Shown piece after piece: positions 19,564 through 29,615 of a stretch of 64,000 bases of DNA. Below the pieces are notes generated by a model. That model had not been told where the DNA came from. It saw only the letters and a list, made by a program, of their open reading frames with translations, and ran no database searches. Made by a program: the position numbers and the translations under genes. Source of the stretch: Candidatus Poribacteria bacterium (lineage in GTDB: Bacteria > Poribacteria > WGA-4E > WGA-3G); assembly GCA_965205025.1 (NCBI GenBank), contig CBDBFU010000031.1, positions 32,001 through 96,000 on the forward strand. Reading direction: 5' to 3'. Numbering within the stretch: position 1 is the stretch's first letter; each line of letters begins with the position of its first letter.

Positions 19564-21669
19564 ATGAAAGCAACTCTGGCAACTTGCAACCTTAATCAAT
19601 GGGCACTTGACTTCGATGGTAATTGTGATCGTATAATTGAATCAATTATACAAGCCAAAGAAAAAGGTGCAAGATACCGTCTTGGATCAGAACTTGAAAT
19701 AACAGGTTATTCCTGTGAAGATCATTTTCTTGAAGAGGATACGCTTCAACATAGTTGGGAATCACTTGGTAAAATTATAAGTAGTGGACATACAGATGAT
19801 ATTCTCTGTGATATCGGTATGCCTGTGATGTACCAAAGTATTCGATATAATTGCCGAGTATTCATCTGTAATGGTGAAATTCTCCTCATACGACCTAAAA
19901 TGGTATTAGCTACAGAAGGAAATTATCGTGAACCCAGATGGTTCGTTCCTTGGCAAAAAAAGTGGAAAATTGAGAACTTTCGATTACCTTCAGAATTACA
20001 AGAAATTACAAAGCAGACAACAGTTCCATTTGGGTGTGCTGTCATAGAAACACAGGACACAGTCATTGCATCTGAGACCTGTGAGGAGTTGTTTGCACCA
20101 TTCTCACCACATATTGAATTAGCTTCCAACGGAGTAGAGATTATATCGAACGGATCAGGTTCACATCACGAACTACGTAAACTTGATACACGTTTATCAT
20201 TGATTCGAAATGCTACAGAAAAATGTGGTGGTGTCTATTTATATGCAAATCAGCAGGGATGTGATGGTGGTAGACTCTACTTTGATGGATGTGCATCTAT
20301 TGCACAAAATGGACATATTCTCGCACAGGGTTCTCAGTTTTCTATTAATGAGATCGAAGTTGTCACTGCTACAGTTAATTTAGTTGATGTTAGATCCTAT
20401 CGTGGTTCACGCATGAGTGGGGCTGTTCAGACAAGTCGTGCATCTACCATACCACGCATTTTTGTAGATTTTCTAATCTCAGATACCGAAAAACGTAATG
20501 TCACTATACCAATAACACAACTCAAAATATACATACCTGAAGAAGAAATCGCCTATGGTCCAGCATGTTGGTTATGGGATTATCTAAGGAGATCGGAAGC
20601 CGCTGGATATTTCATCCCACTATCAGGTGGATCGGATAGTGGTGCTGTAGCAACTATTGTTGGATCTATGTGCCAACTCGTAGCAAAAGCTATTCTTGAT
20701 GGTGTACCCCAAGTCACACAGGATATTCAAAGAATGTTTGGGGATAAATTCTTAGAGAAAATCAAAGCAGACTTTCAGGATGTAATGCAAGCATCACAAT
20801 ATATTGCAAATCACTTATTATATACTTGTTACATGGGAACTTCAAATAGTTCACCAGATACCCGTCAACGAGCAAAACAGTTAGCAAGTGAAATTGGGAG
20901 TTATCATCTGAATATAGATATAGATTCTCTGGTAAGTAATCTTAGGAAGCTTTTTAGTAATATCACAGGAAAGACACCACAGTTTAAAACTGAAGGTGGA
21001 AGTTTAGTAGAAAATCAAGCACTTCAAAATATACAAGCACGTCTCCGTATGGTAATTAGTTATCTCTTTGCTCAAACTTTACCTTGGGTCCGAAGTAGAA
21101 AAGGAACGTTACTTGTCCTGGGTACAGGAAATGTTGATGAAGCACTACGAGGTTATTTAACAAAATATGATTGTAGTAGTGCTGACATCAATCCTATAGG
21201 TGGTATCAGTAAAACAGACCTACGTAGTTTTCTCAGATGGGCACAAGAGAATTTAGGATACCCAAGTCTTGAGAACATAATTGAAGCACCACCCACTGCT
21301 GAATTGGAACCTATTACAGAAACATATACACAAACTGATGAAGAAGACATGGGAATGACCTATGATGAGTTGAGTAGATTTGGTCAACTTCGTAAAGTTG
21401 ATAGATGTGGTCCTGTGAGTATGTTTGAGAAACTCGTTGAGGAATGGAATCATATACCCCCATCTGAAGTCGCCGAGAAGGTAAAACACTTCTTCCGAAA
21501 TTACTCTATAAATCGTCATAAAATGACGACATTAACACCCTCATACCATGCAGAATCTTATTCACCAGATGATAATAGGTTTGATCTACGTCAATTTTTA
21601 TATAATACTCGTTGGAATCGACAATTCTATAAGATTGACAAACTGGTAGAGGAGATTGAGGAGAAATGA
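19564..21669 (+). CDS. nadE: Glutamine-dependent NAD+ synthetase (eukaryote-type)
   Basis: N-terminal nitrilase domain (ELEITGY, RPK, ETCEEL); PP-loop PLSGGSDS, QNIQARLRM, TKYDCSSADINPIGG, PTAELEP. Confidence 0.95.
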   Translation: MKATLATCNLNQWALDFDGNCDRIIESIIQAKEKGARYRLGSELEITGYSCEDHFLEEDTLQHSWESLGKIISSGHTDDILCDIGMPVMYQSIRYNCRVFICNGEILLIRPKMVLATEGNYREPRWFVPWQKKWKIENFRLPSELQEITKQTTVPFGCAVIETQDTVIASETCEELFAPFSPHIELASNGVEIISNGSGSHHELRKLDTRLSLIRNATEKCGGVYLYANQQGCDGGRLYFDGCASIAQNGHILAQGSQFSINEIEVVTATVNLVDVRSYRGSRMSGAVQTSRASTIPRIFVDFLISDTEKRNVTIPITQLKIYIPEEEIAYGPACWLWDYLRRSEAAGYFIPLSGGSDSGAVATIVGSMCQLVAKAILDGVPQVTQDIQRMFGDKFLEKIKADFQDVMQASQYIANHLLYTCYMGTSNSSPDTRQRAKQLASEIGSYHLNIDIDSLVSNLRKLFSNITGKTPQFKTEGGSLVENQALQNIQARLRMVISYLFAQTLPWVRSRKGTLLVLGTGNVDEALRGYLTKYDCSSADINPIGGISKTDLRSFLRWAQENLGYPSLENIIEAPPTAELEPITETYTQTDEEDMGMTYDELSRFGQLRKVDRCGPVSMFEKLVEEWNHIPPSEVAEKVKHFFRNYSINRHKMTTLTPSYHAESYSPDDNRFDLRQFLYNTRWNRQFYKIDKLVEEIEEK

Positions 21670-23306
21670 ATTCCTATAGACTCCATATTACCAGAATTTA
21701 TTTCTCAGTGATTGTCTACTGTTTCAGCATACTATTTCTCATACCAAACATAATATATGCAGTACCAAACCCACCTATGGATTTACAGGGATGGGTAATG
21801 GATACACTTGGAAAACTTGAGGTATCTGGAATTACAGATGGTTTCCATAGAAATTCTCTGCCACTATCCCGGCATGATATAGCTAAGATAATCAAACAAT
21901 CACAAATGAGAATCAATTCAGGAGAAGTCACTCTATCTCAGATTGATAGAAAATTGTTGGAAAAACTAAAACGGGAATTCGATAGTGAATTAGCACACAT
22001 CAATATATTCAATCAAGAATCTACCACTATACAGGAGTCAGACCTTAGGATTGATGGACAAATTAGAGGTACAGATCAATCAATTGCCCCTGGCTTACAG
22101 ACAGGCTTTCATTATACAATAGGCAACAGAAATAACAAAATAACTGTTTATTCCGAATTGGAAGTATCGAATTTTAAACAAAGGCAGGATTTTGTAGAGA
22201 GTTTTTTTCTACCAAAACCACCTATACTTCTGAAATCCGCTGATCAAAGATATGAAAAATGGCATGCTGATTATGTCGTTGACTTCAAGCGGAGTTACCT
22301 TCAATACAGTATATCGGCATTTGAAAATACTGAATTTAATCTATTAGTTGGGAGAGATTACATCTATTGGGGAAGTAGTCCTTATAAATCAGTAGGAATC
22401 TCAGATAACTCACCCCCCTTTGAACTCATCCGACTAACAGCTACAATTCCATGCAAAATAGGAATACTCAAGGCAACATCATTCTCTGCTCAACTTAATT
22501 CAACTTGGTATGATGACGGAACGAAACGTTATCTTGCTAAACGTTATCTAAGTGCACATAGACTTGATTATCAACACAGTGATTGGCTTGAAATTGGTGT
22601 ATCAGAATCTGTGCTCTACGGTGGTGATACCCAAACTATGGATTGGCACTATCTAAACCCAGTAATACCTTATTATGCAGTTCAGTATAATGCTGTTAAA
22701 GATGACAATCTAATGTTAGGTTTTGATGCATCTGTTAAACCAATTGTCGGTTTACGCCTTTATGCAGAGTGGCTTGCAGATGACTTTCAGTATCAAAGTG
22801 ATTCTAATGATCCACATGCTGTAACCTGGCTTACAGGATTTGAATGGTATCCGCAACTTTTAAAAAGACAATTAGGTGTAAATTCTGAATATGTACGTGT
22901 AAATCGATGGGCATATACACATCTTATACCAGATAACGAATTCACTCATTTCGGCTCAATGATAGGTCATCCAATTGGTACAGATGCAGACATTTTCACA
23001 ATTAATATAGCCTATGATGCTACATCTTCAGCACGAATAATTACTCGTTTTAGTCATCAAAGGAATGGAGAAGCTGATATAATGGATCGATTCCACGGTG
23101 AGGACTATCTGAATATACCTTTTCCATCAGGAATCGTTGAAAGAATGTCTGAGTTACGAATTGGTTGGAGGTATAGACCCAATTCAGCATTTTATGGTTC
23201 AATTGACTATTCATGGCTTATCATACAAGATGTCGAACACATCAAAGATAATACTGAGCAACAACATCGTATTGTTTTAATGTTAGCGTATGCATGGAAA
23301 AATTAG
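21666..23306 (+). CDS. Capsule assembly Wzi family outer-membrane protein
   Basis: PLSRHDIA, VGRDYIYWG, SDNSPP, IGHPIGTDAD; aromatic beta-barrel C-terminus. Confidence 0.75.
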   Translation: MNSYRLHITRIYFSVIVYCFSILFLIPNIIYAVPNPPMDLQGWVMDTLGKLEVSGITDGFHRNSLPLSRHDIAKIIKQSQMRINSGEVTLSQIDRKLLEKLKREFDSELAHINIFNQESTTIQESDLRIDGQIRGTDQSIAPGLQTGFHYTIGNRNNKITVYSELEVSNFKQRQDFVESFFLPKPPILLKSADQRYEKWHADYVVDFKRSYLQYSISAFENTEFNLLVGRDYIYWGSSPYKSVGISDNSPPFELIRLTATIPCKIGILKATSFSAQLNSTWYDDGTKRYLAKRYLSAHRLDYQHSDWLEIGVSESVLYGGDTQTMDWHYLNPVIPYYAVQYNAVKDDNLMLGFDASVKPIVGLRLYAEWLADDFQYQSDSNDPHAVTWLTGFEWYPQLLKRQLGVNSEYVRVNRWAYTHLIPDNEFTHFGSMIGHPIGTDADIFTINIAYDATSSARIITRFSHQRNGEADIMDRFHGEDYLNIPFPSGIVERMSELRIGWRYRPNSAFYGSIDYSWLIIQDVEHIKDNTEQQHRIVLMLAYAWKN

Positions 23307-23320
23307 GGTGACACTGACTT

Positions 23321-24010
23321 ATGCTCAAGATGACAAAACGTGCTGTTATACGTTCCTTAATTTGTTTGTTATTAATATTGGGATTCACTTTAGTGATTCG
23401 TGATTGGGTAGGAATTCGTCTGCTAACTACTACACCAAAGATTCTCAAATACCGTCCAATAATACAAAAACACGCATCACAACAGAAACTGGATTGGCTG
23501 CTTATCACTGCTTTGATTATTCAAGAATCTGGGTTTAATGAAAATGCTGTAAGTTCAGCCGGTGCGAAAGGTTTAGCACAACTCATGCCTAATACAGCAA
23601 AAGAATTGGGCATTTCTGATCCGTTTCACTCTGAAAATAGTATTGAAGGCGCATCACGTTATCTTCGAAGTTTGTACGACTTATATCCAGATAGTTCCCA
23701 TCCTGATCGTATACGAATTGCCTTAGCAAGCTACAATGGTGGTCGTGGTCATATTCATGATGCTCAGAAAATTGCTATTCATCAAGAAGATGATCCTAAT
23801 TCGTGGAAATCTATTAGTCATAGTATAAGTTTGCTTTCTGAGAAGAATAGAGATTTACATAGAAAAGTTTGGAGTGATGGAATACCACCCCATGGTTATT
23901 TTGAGGGTTTCCGTGAGACACAATCCTATGTAGAAAAGGTAATGATGTATTATGAAAGACTCTGTTATCTCTCTGATATAGTCAAGAAGATAAAATTCTC
24001 TTCAACTTAA
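23321..24010 (+). CDS. Lytic transglycosylase (SLT domain, MltF C-terminal-like)
   Basis: QESGF, GAKGLAQLMP, ALASYNGG, ETQSYV. Confidence 0.9.
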   Translation: MLKMTKRAVIRSLICLLLILGFTLVIRDWVGIRLLTTTPKILKYRPIIQKHASQQKLDWLLITALIIQESGFNENAVSSAGAKGLAQLMPNTAKELGISDPFHSENSIEGASRYLRSLYDLYPDSSHPDRIRIALASYNGGRGHIHDAQKIAIHQEDDPNSWKSISHSISLLSEKNRDLHRKVWSDGIPPHGYFEGFRETQSYVEKVMMYYERLCYLSDIVKKIKFSST

Positions 24011-25131
24011 CTTTCTTCAATCGCTTCCACATTCGCTCGAGGTAGTGTTGTTGTTACTCCATTTTCAAATTCAACCTGCAATACTCGCACTTCCGCTTCT
24101 GTTTCGAGTTTCTGTAATCCAATAGGTAACTCAGTCACATGCCCTAATTTACCAAAGTGGGGTTCTCTGATGACTCTGACAGGACTACCAATCTCTAATG
24201 TACCTACACTGTTCTCATCTTGAATATCTTCTCCTTGAGAAACATAAGGTATAAGAATCTCTGGTCGAACAACTCCTGCGCGTATTTGGGTTGCTCCATT
24301 TATGGATGTTTTCATTCCTTCACGGGACTTGAGAATTGCAAATGTACGCTCTGCCATAGCAATTGTTCCAAATCCTTCTGTGATGACAAGTGTTATACCA
24401 ACTTCTTCAGATCCAGTTATAGCTACGCCAAGTTCATAACCGAGTAGTTCTCGTAAATCATCATCATCTATACCTCCTGCAATGAGTCCTTTTACACCAA
24501 TATCAACAGCTTTCAGGATAGTTTCATTAGATACCAATGAACCACCCACAAGAATCTGATCCCTATGCTCAGGTAATATATGCTCAGTCGTCAATATATC
24601 ATTAGGTGAATTTACCACAACGTATAAGTTTCCAATAGTCTCTCCTCCAATACCGAAAATTCCTTGAATATAGGTCCCGTATGTCTCTACAGTAACTCCT
24701 TCATTGAGGACCGTTTCAGTGATTCTTCCATCCAAGTATGCTTTTACTTCTACTGGAATCGGGGGTTCACGAAGAATAACCTGTCCTGTTACATCAGAGA
24801 TTGATTCGATTACTCCGTCAATCGGTGACCGTGCATGCGACTTGAATAAACCGAAAAGTCCTTTTGTCGATGCGATAATCTCATCCTTTGTAACAGAATC
24901 ACCATTGGATTTAAGCATATTCTCTTCAATTTCGTTTGGTGTAACACTCAGTAGATTAGCAATATTCACCAATTGAACATTCCCGGGTAAATCGGCTTTT
25001 GCGACAACGTCCTCAGCCTTAACATCCGAACCTGTCTCAACAACAACTTCCCCTTCAAGTGGTAGACGTCGTTCTTTTTGAATTATTATTCCTTCTGTAA
25101 CCTTTAGTCCTGGCGTATATGCATGTGCCAT
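24007..25131 (-). CDS. Conserved hypothetical protein with barrel-sandwich-hybrid repeats and C-terminal KOW-like motif
   Basis: GEVVVETGSDVKAEDVVA, ARSPIDGVI, YIQGIFGIGGE, VITEGFG, GSPVRVIREPHFGKLG. Confidence 0.7.
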   Translation of the reverse strand: MAHAYTPGLKVTEGIIIQKERRLPLEGEVVVETGSDVKAEDVVAKADLPGNVQLVNIANLLSVTPNEIEENMLKSNGDSVTKDEIIASTKGLFGLFKSHARSPIDGVIESISDVTGQVILREPPIPVEVKAYLDGRITETVLNEGVTVETYGTYIQGIFGIGGETIGNLYVVVNSPNDILTTEHILPEHRDQILVGGSLVSNETILKAVDIGVKGLIAGGIDDDDLRELLGYELGVAITGSEEVGITLVITEGFGTIAMAERTFAILKSREGMKTSINGATQIRAGVVRPEILIPYVSQGEDIQDENSVGTLEIGSPVRVIREPHFGKLGHVTELPIGLQKLETEAEVRVLQVEFENGVTTTLPRANVEAIEES

Positions 25132-25513
25132 TAAATAACCTCAGTATTTATATAGTATTTCATTGTATATGTTGGTATCTATAAATGCATATCATATTAT
25201 AACACTATATGATTACATTCTGTAATTGTTTTTATTTTATAGTAAAATATATCAAAATCATTGCTTGCTCTGAGGAGTGGAAAAAGACGCGGAATTGACA
25301 AGAAAAGAGGTCTTGATTTGTCAGTTGATGGCTGCTGAGAACAGAACGGTCTTTTTGTAAAGTCTAAAGCGAGATAACACCTCTCCCTGGTCAGGGGGTA
25401 GATTTTAGGTATTCTGTATGTCTTTAACCAAATATCGCCCATACTGCACCTTTGAAGTCCGTAACCGTAGATTATATCTCTTGGGTGTTTCCACAAATTA
25501 CAAAGAATTCAAG

Positions 25514-25665
25514 TGTACTGCCATCGGAAATTTAGACCGCTCTCTAAACCAAGTTAGTGAGATTATACACTCTCACTGCAAGGAAAATCCGATGACGAAA
25601 CGAAAACGAAGAAGATTCTCCCCGAGTCTAAAGCGAAAGTTATCCCTGAGGTACTTAGCGTAGGC
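25514..25665 (+). mobile_element. IS3-family remnant (left end + first codons of orfA)
   Basis: TG-starting end TGTACTGCCATCGGAAATTTAGACC, RBS, then ATG 25592 MTKRKRRRFS shifting into PESKAKVIPEVLS. Confidence 0.6.
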
Positions 25666-25689
25666 ATTTCAATAAGGTTAGCAAATAGA

Positions 25690-26173
25690 ACGATTAGACT
25701 CACAAGGAAGGAAAAAAGGTCCGCATCCCAAAAGACTATCCAATCGTAGCCAGAAATGCGTTGATCCCAGAAAAGTCACATCTGTTTACCAAGGACAGAC
25801 CAAATGCCATCTTTAGACTCATCAAGATTACGAGCGGAAAACCAAACAATGTCTCTACCAACACCCGTCCCCTCATTTGTACGTATGAAGTTTTTAGGAT
25901 AGAATTACGGAAAGGAGCATATAACCTCTTATCCATGAAAAAATTGATTTCTATATTCAAATCAACTGCATCCGTATAATTCAGAGCAGACCAACGACTA
26001 TAAAGTGCAGCACGAAACAAGGCTTCAATGTCGGAATAATAGCGATTTTCTTCAATAAACAGAGGAATCAAACCCAAACATTTTAGAGATGGATTTTCAA
26101 CTGAAGGTGGTGCCTCTTTCAAGTCTGGTAACTCATAAAAAGGACGAAAACCCTCTTTTATATTTGGATTCAT
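25690..26173 (-). pseudogene. Decayed glycosyltransferase-like gene
   Basis: Frame change at the T run near 25891-25895 gives ...RDIVWF...LGKQM*LFWDQRISGYDWIVFWDADLF (DxD motif). Confidence 0.5.
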
Positions 26174-26219
26174 GCTATAATTATAGAATATAATACAAAA
26201 AATGCAAGAGGAAATATTT

Positions 26220-27239
26220 ATGAAATATAACAGATTATTGTTTATCGTTTTTGTGCTGATTAGTTTAGGGATAATCAGTTGTTTTGACGAAGTAGAAAAT
26301 CCAGTTGCCGTTTTAGAGGATATAACAACACAGGATGTGGCAGTCTTATCTCCACCACCAGATCACGTGTTTGAAGGAACAATGGCAGAATTCAGAGAAA
26401 GGAGAGAAGAGCTTTGGAAACAAGTATATACTAATACGGGGCCCGAAGAATGGAGAGCCGAATTTAAAAAAGAACTTGAAGAACAAAAACTTAAAGGCAC
26501 CCCTATAGAAGAATTTAGTTTGCTTCCATTACAAAGGGCATTTTATACGAAATACATTGACGCAGACGGTATCGCTATTATAGCACCAGAAGGCGTAGAC
26601 GATGAATTTATGCTACTGGCAAGAGAAGCTATTTTAGTGATGACATCCAAACGACCAGAACTCCGAGAAAGACTCCGTAAAAGCTATTACAATGTTTTAG
26701 TCCCAGATGATTTTACAAGAACAGGAGCAAAAGCATGGTGGAAATTACCAGAACTTGTCGGGAACATTCCAACTTCTATAGCAGGAAGTTGCATATCATC
26801 AATGGGACCAACCATGCCACACGTCGTAGGATTTTGTTTTTCAAAACTAAATTCGTGGCAGTTGAGCAACGGACTAAATTTAAAAACATTTATTCACGAA
26901 TTCGCCCATGCATTAGATTTTGAAATACAGAGATTAGACCCAGACTTTAGAGCAAAATTATTGAAGGCTTACGAATCAGACCCAGAAGGTTTTTATTGTA
27001 AAAAGCCATGTCCTTCAGGTTTTTTTTCTGTAGCAGAATACTGGGCATACGCCGTAACAGAATGGTTTCTACATATAGGTCCCTATCGACGCAATAAAAG
27101 CCTTGAAGACTTCAGAAAAGCACATCCCATGCTAACTGAATTAATGCTGGAATGGCTACCAAGAATGTCATTGCAATTTGTATCAATAAAATATGGTGAA
27201 TTCGACGAAAACCTTGAAACCCTCGGAACGCATTTTTAA
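26220..27239 (+). CDS. Putative lipoprotein with HExxH zincin motif
   Basis: GAGG RBS, lipobox-like IISC, FYTKYIDADGIAI, FIHEFAHALD, EYWA. Confidence 0.7.
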   Translation: MKYNRLLFIVFVLISLGIISCFDEVENPVAVLEDITTQDVAVLSPPPDHVFEGTMAEFRERREELWKQVYTNTGPEEWRAEFKKELEEQKLKGTPIEEFSLLPLQRAFYTKYIDADGIAIIAPEGVDDEFMLLAREAILVMTSKRPELRERLRKSYYNVLVPDDFTRTGAKAWWKLPELVGNIPTSIAGSCISSMGPTMPHVVGFCFSKLNSWQLSNGLNLKTFIHEFAHALDFEIQRLDPDFRAKLLKAYESDPEGFYCKKPCPSGFFSVAEYWAYAVTEWFLHIGPYRRNKSLEDFRKAHPMLTELMLEWLPRMSLQFVSIKYGEFDENLETLGTHF

Positions 27240-27240
27240 G

Positions 27241-27468
27241 ATGGATGACATAATAGAATACATATTTACCGCAATCTTTTATATATTCGCTGCAATCTTT
27301 ATTATTGTTATCTTCACTGGATTATTTCTTTGGATTAGGGATAAATTTTGGGAACTGTTTCAAAAGGACGAAGTACTTATCGGATTAATTATAAGTTCTA
27401 TTGGATGCGTTTTAGTAATAGCAGCAGGCGTTGTACTTGGAATGCTAATTTTTAGAGGTTGTTTTTAA
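27241..27468 (+). CDS. Small membrane protein (2 TM)
   Basis: ATG 1 nt after the upstream stop; two hydrophobic helices. Confidence 0.55.
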   Translation: MDDIIEYIFTAIFYIFAAIFIIVIFTGLFLWIRDKFWELFQKDEVLIGLIISSIGCVLVIAAGVVLGMLIFRGCF

Positions 27469-27770
27469 CATAATTGCAGATAAATTATAGGTGCAGTATG
27501 TGGTTTCGCACCGAAACATGTATAAAAATGAAAACATATTCAAACCGATTGGACGGGTGGAGATGAACGCATATCGGGAAACATTCCGCAACTCCCATGC
27601 ATTAAAAGACGAGATGGCTACGCATATCAAACGCTTAAATCAAAATCAACGCGTAGATTTGGTCTTACGGATCAGGTAGAACAATTAATGCTTTTTTGGT
27701 GGATTTGAGTTGCATTTATCCAAGATCTAAGGATTTTTCAGGAAGGGAATGTTTAGGACAAAAGAACAGA

Positions 27771-28061
27771 TTAAGAGTTTTCGCTATCTTCTTTTTGGTG
27801 AACTTCCTCATATTTCGGGAAGTCTATTTGTTGAATTTCAGGTGTATCGCTGGACTTGTATTTGACAATTGCTTTGACGATTCTCCTACGCAATTCAAAA
27901 GCCATTTGCATAGTCATATTGTCATTTTCACGCCTACCGAATACAGCTGAACTTCCTGAAAGTTGGACGATTACTATGTATCCTCCATGGGGAGGATAAC
28001 GTTCAACATAGATGTGTTCTATGTGATTGGCACTAAGGAATCTTTCACCTACCAAAATCAT
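27771..28061 (-). CDS. Hypothetical protein
   Basis: 96-aa ORF with ATGA overlap to the upstream gene. Confidence 0.5.
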   Translation of the reverse strand: MILVGERFLSANHIEHIYVERYPPHGGYIVIVQLSGSSAVFGRRENDNMTMQMAFELRRRIVKAIVKYKSSDTPEIQQIDFPKYEEVHQKEDSENS

Positions 28062-28453
28062 AATTCTATACCTGTTGAGAGGACTGGTTGCTTTAACTCT
28101 TCGATTTTTTGTCTAAGTTCTTCAATCTGATGCACTTGTACTTGATTCTTTCTGCTATGCCATGCCATAACAATTTGTGGGATGCCTACAGCTACCACAA
28201 TCAAGACTATTAGTCCGTATTTGGCGTATTGTACATGCGTGATTTGATTATTCACACCCTCAAATTGTTTATCAATACCATTGATTTTAAGGTTAATATA
28301 CTCTTTGATTCTCGTCTCGGCACTCTCTACTTCTTTCTTTACTTCCTCTTGAATAACCAACCGAATTTTATTGAGGTCAGTATCTATCAAATCACCGAGT
28401 GCTGGTAGCGCGATTGCACAGAATATTATTGAAAATAGCAAAACAGTTTTCAT
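28058..28453 (-). CDS. Hypothetical protein: signal peptide, coiled coil, C-terminal TM
   Basis: GGAG RBS; DLNKIRLVIQEEVKKE...LIVLIVVAVGIPQI. Confidence 0.7.
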   Translation of the reverse strand: MKTVLLFSIIFCAIALPALGDLIDTDLNKIRLVIQEEVKKEVESAETRIKEYINLKINGIDKQFEGVNNQITHVQYAKYGLIVLIVVAVGIPQIVMAWHSRKNQVQVHQIEELRQKIEELKQPVLSTGIEL

Positions 28454-28553
28454 GATGACTCCCTTCCTTTGTACTTAGTAATTCATATCTGTTATCGGAT
28501 GTCAAGAAAAAAGTAATTCCCGACCCTTCTACCTATTTCTCACACCCATTCCC

Positions 28554-28765
28554 ATGAATCATCCCAAAATAGTAACGTTTGTAAAAGCTATACTTGGTGA
28601 AGGTGTTATTGGATGTGGGCACATTATCGTCGTTGTGGCATTACTTTACGCTTTTGTACACCAGATGTTCAAGCTTCATACAGGTGGGATAGAGAAGGGG
28701 TCGTTGTGAGTGGAGAGGATAGAAATGGGAACTGGGGAAACCCACCACGTCCAAATGATGATTAA
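28554..28765 (+). pseudogene. Internally deleted phytanoyl-CoA dioxygenase remnant
   Basis: MNHPKIVTFVKAILGEGVIG then, shifted, AHY fused to RRCGITLRFCTPDV...GNWGNPPRP*; catalytic core absent. Confidence 0.6.
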
Positions 28766-28800
28766 AAGTAGGAATTATTCTTGATACAAAGGAAAACTGT

Positions 28801-29595
28801 TTATATCGGATTACAAAATCCTAACTCACATAGTCGTTCAATCCAATACTCTCGCTTTTTACTACCTGTAAGATTTGCAATCCAATCAGGATGGTATATC
28901 GGTATATTCAACAGATTAAATTGTTTTGGAGTATTGGCACTACTCTTGGCTCTATTCCGTGTAGCTTCTTCCTCTTCTGAGGTCTTAGGATTGCTGTAAT
29001 ACACTATAGTGCACATCCTACGATCTTCCTTACCTCCCCAACTTGCATGCCAACACCTTAAATCAAAAGCTACCACATCCCCTGGATTAGATATACATAT
29101 ATAACTTGGTACATCACAGATGTCTAAGCCTAACTGATTTATGCTATCTTGTAAATTATTATGAAATGGAAGCTTATGTGATCCAGGAATTAACCGTAAC
29201 GCTCCTGTTTCAGAATTCACTGGTTCAAGGTAATACGCGAACTTTACACCATAACAGTCTTTCTTTGGATCTGCATTATGGTCTGGATGCCATCCTGTAT
29301 TACCAACATATCGGTTAGCATCAGATACAATACAATAGACATCATCTCCGTATAGCTGCTCAGCTACATCACAAAATCGCGGATCTTCTGGTAAATTCGA
29401 AAAGAATGGTGTTTCAGAACTCAACATTGGTAACCAATGCCGACGACTTCCATCAAATGGATCGTGATTATATGCTGAATCCATTGCCTTTTCGAATTCA
29501 TCTTTAATAATATTCAATTCATCTTCACTGAATAGATTACGAAAGACAAGAAATCCGAATGTATGAAATTGTCTGATCTGCTCATGTGATAGCAT
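28801..29595 (-). CDS. Phytanoyl-CoA dioxygenase family protein
   Basis: FHTFGFLVFRNLF, WHPD, GALRLIPGSH, PGDVVAFD, WHAS. Confidence 0.88.
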   Translation of the reverse strand: MLSHEQIRQFHTFGFLVFRNLFSEDELNIIKDEFEKAMDSAYNHDPFDGSRRHWLPMLSSETPFFSNLPEDPRFCDVAEQLYGDDVYCIVSDANRYVGNTGWHPDHNADPKKDCYGVKFAYYLEPVNSETGALRLIPGSHKLPFHNNLQDSINQLGLDICDVPSYICISNPGDVVAFDLRCWHASWGGKEDRRMCTIVYYSNPKTSEEEEATRNRAKSSANTPKQFNLLNIPIYHPDWIANLTGSKKREYWIERLCELGFCNPI

Positions 29596-29615
29596 AATGT
29601 TACCCAGTTATATTA

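Noticed and set aside
18183-21669. GATase-like protein as ammonia donor for NadE
   Set aside because: NadE has its own glutaminase domain and the neighbour has a signal peptide
25265-25500. Possible HNH nuclease remnant (SEEWKKTR...ICQ) or ncRNA
   Set aside because: Multiple stops and frame changes needed; no HNH motif recoverable; no convincing fold
27491-27950. ORFs 27491-27679 and 27696-27950
   Set aside because: May be gene debris, but there is no recognisable motif; the second overlaps a better minus-strand ORF
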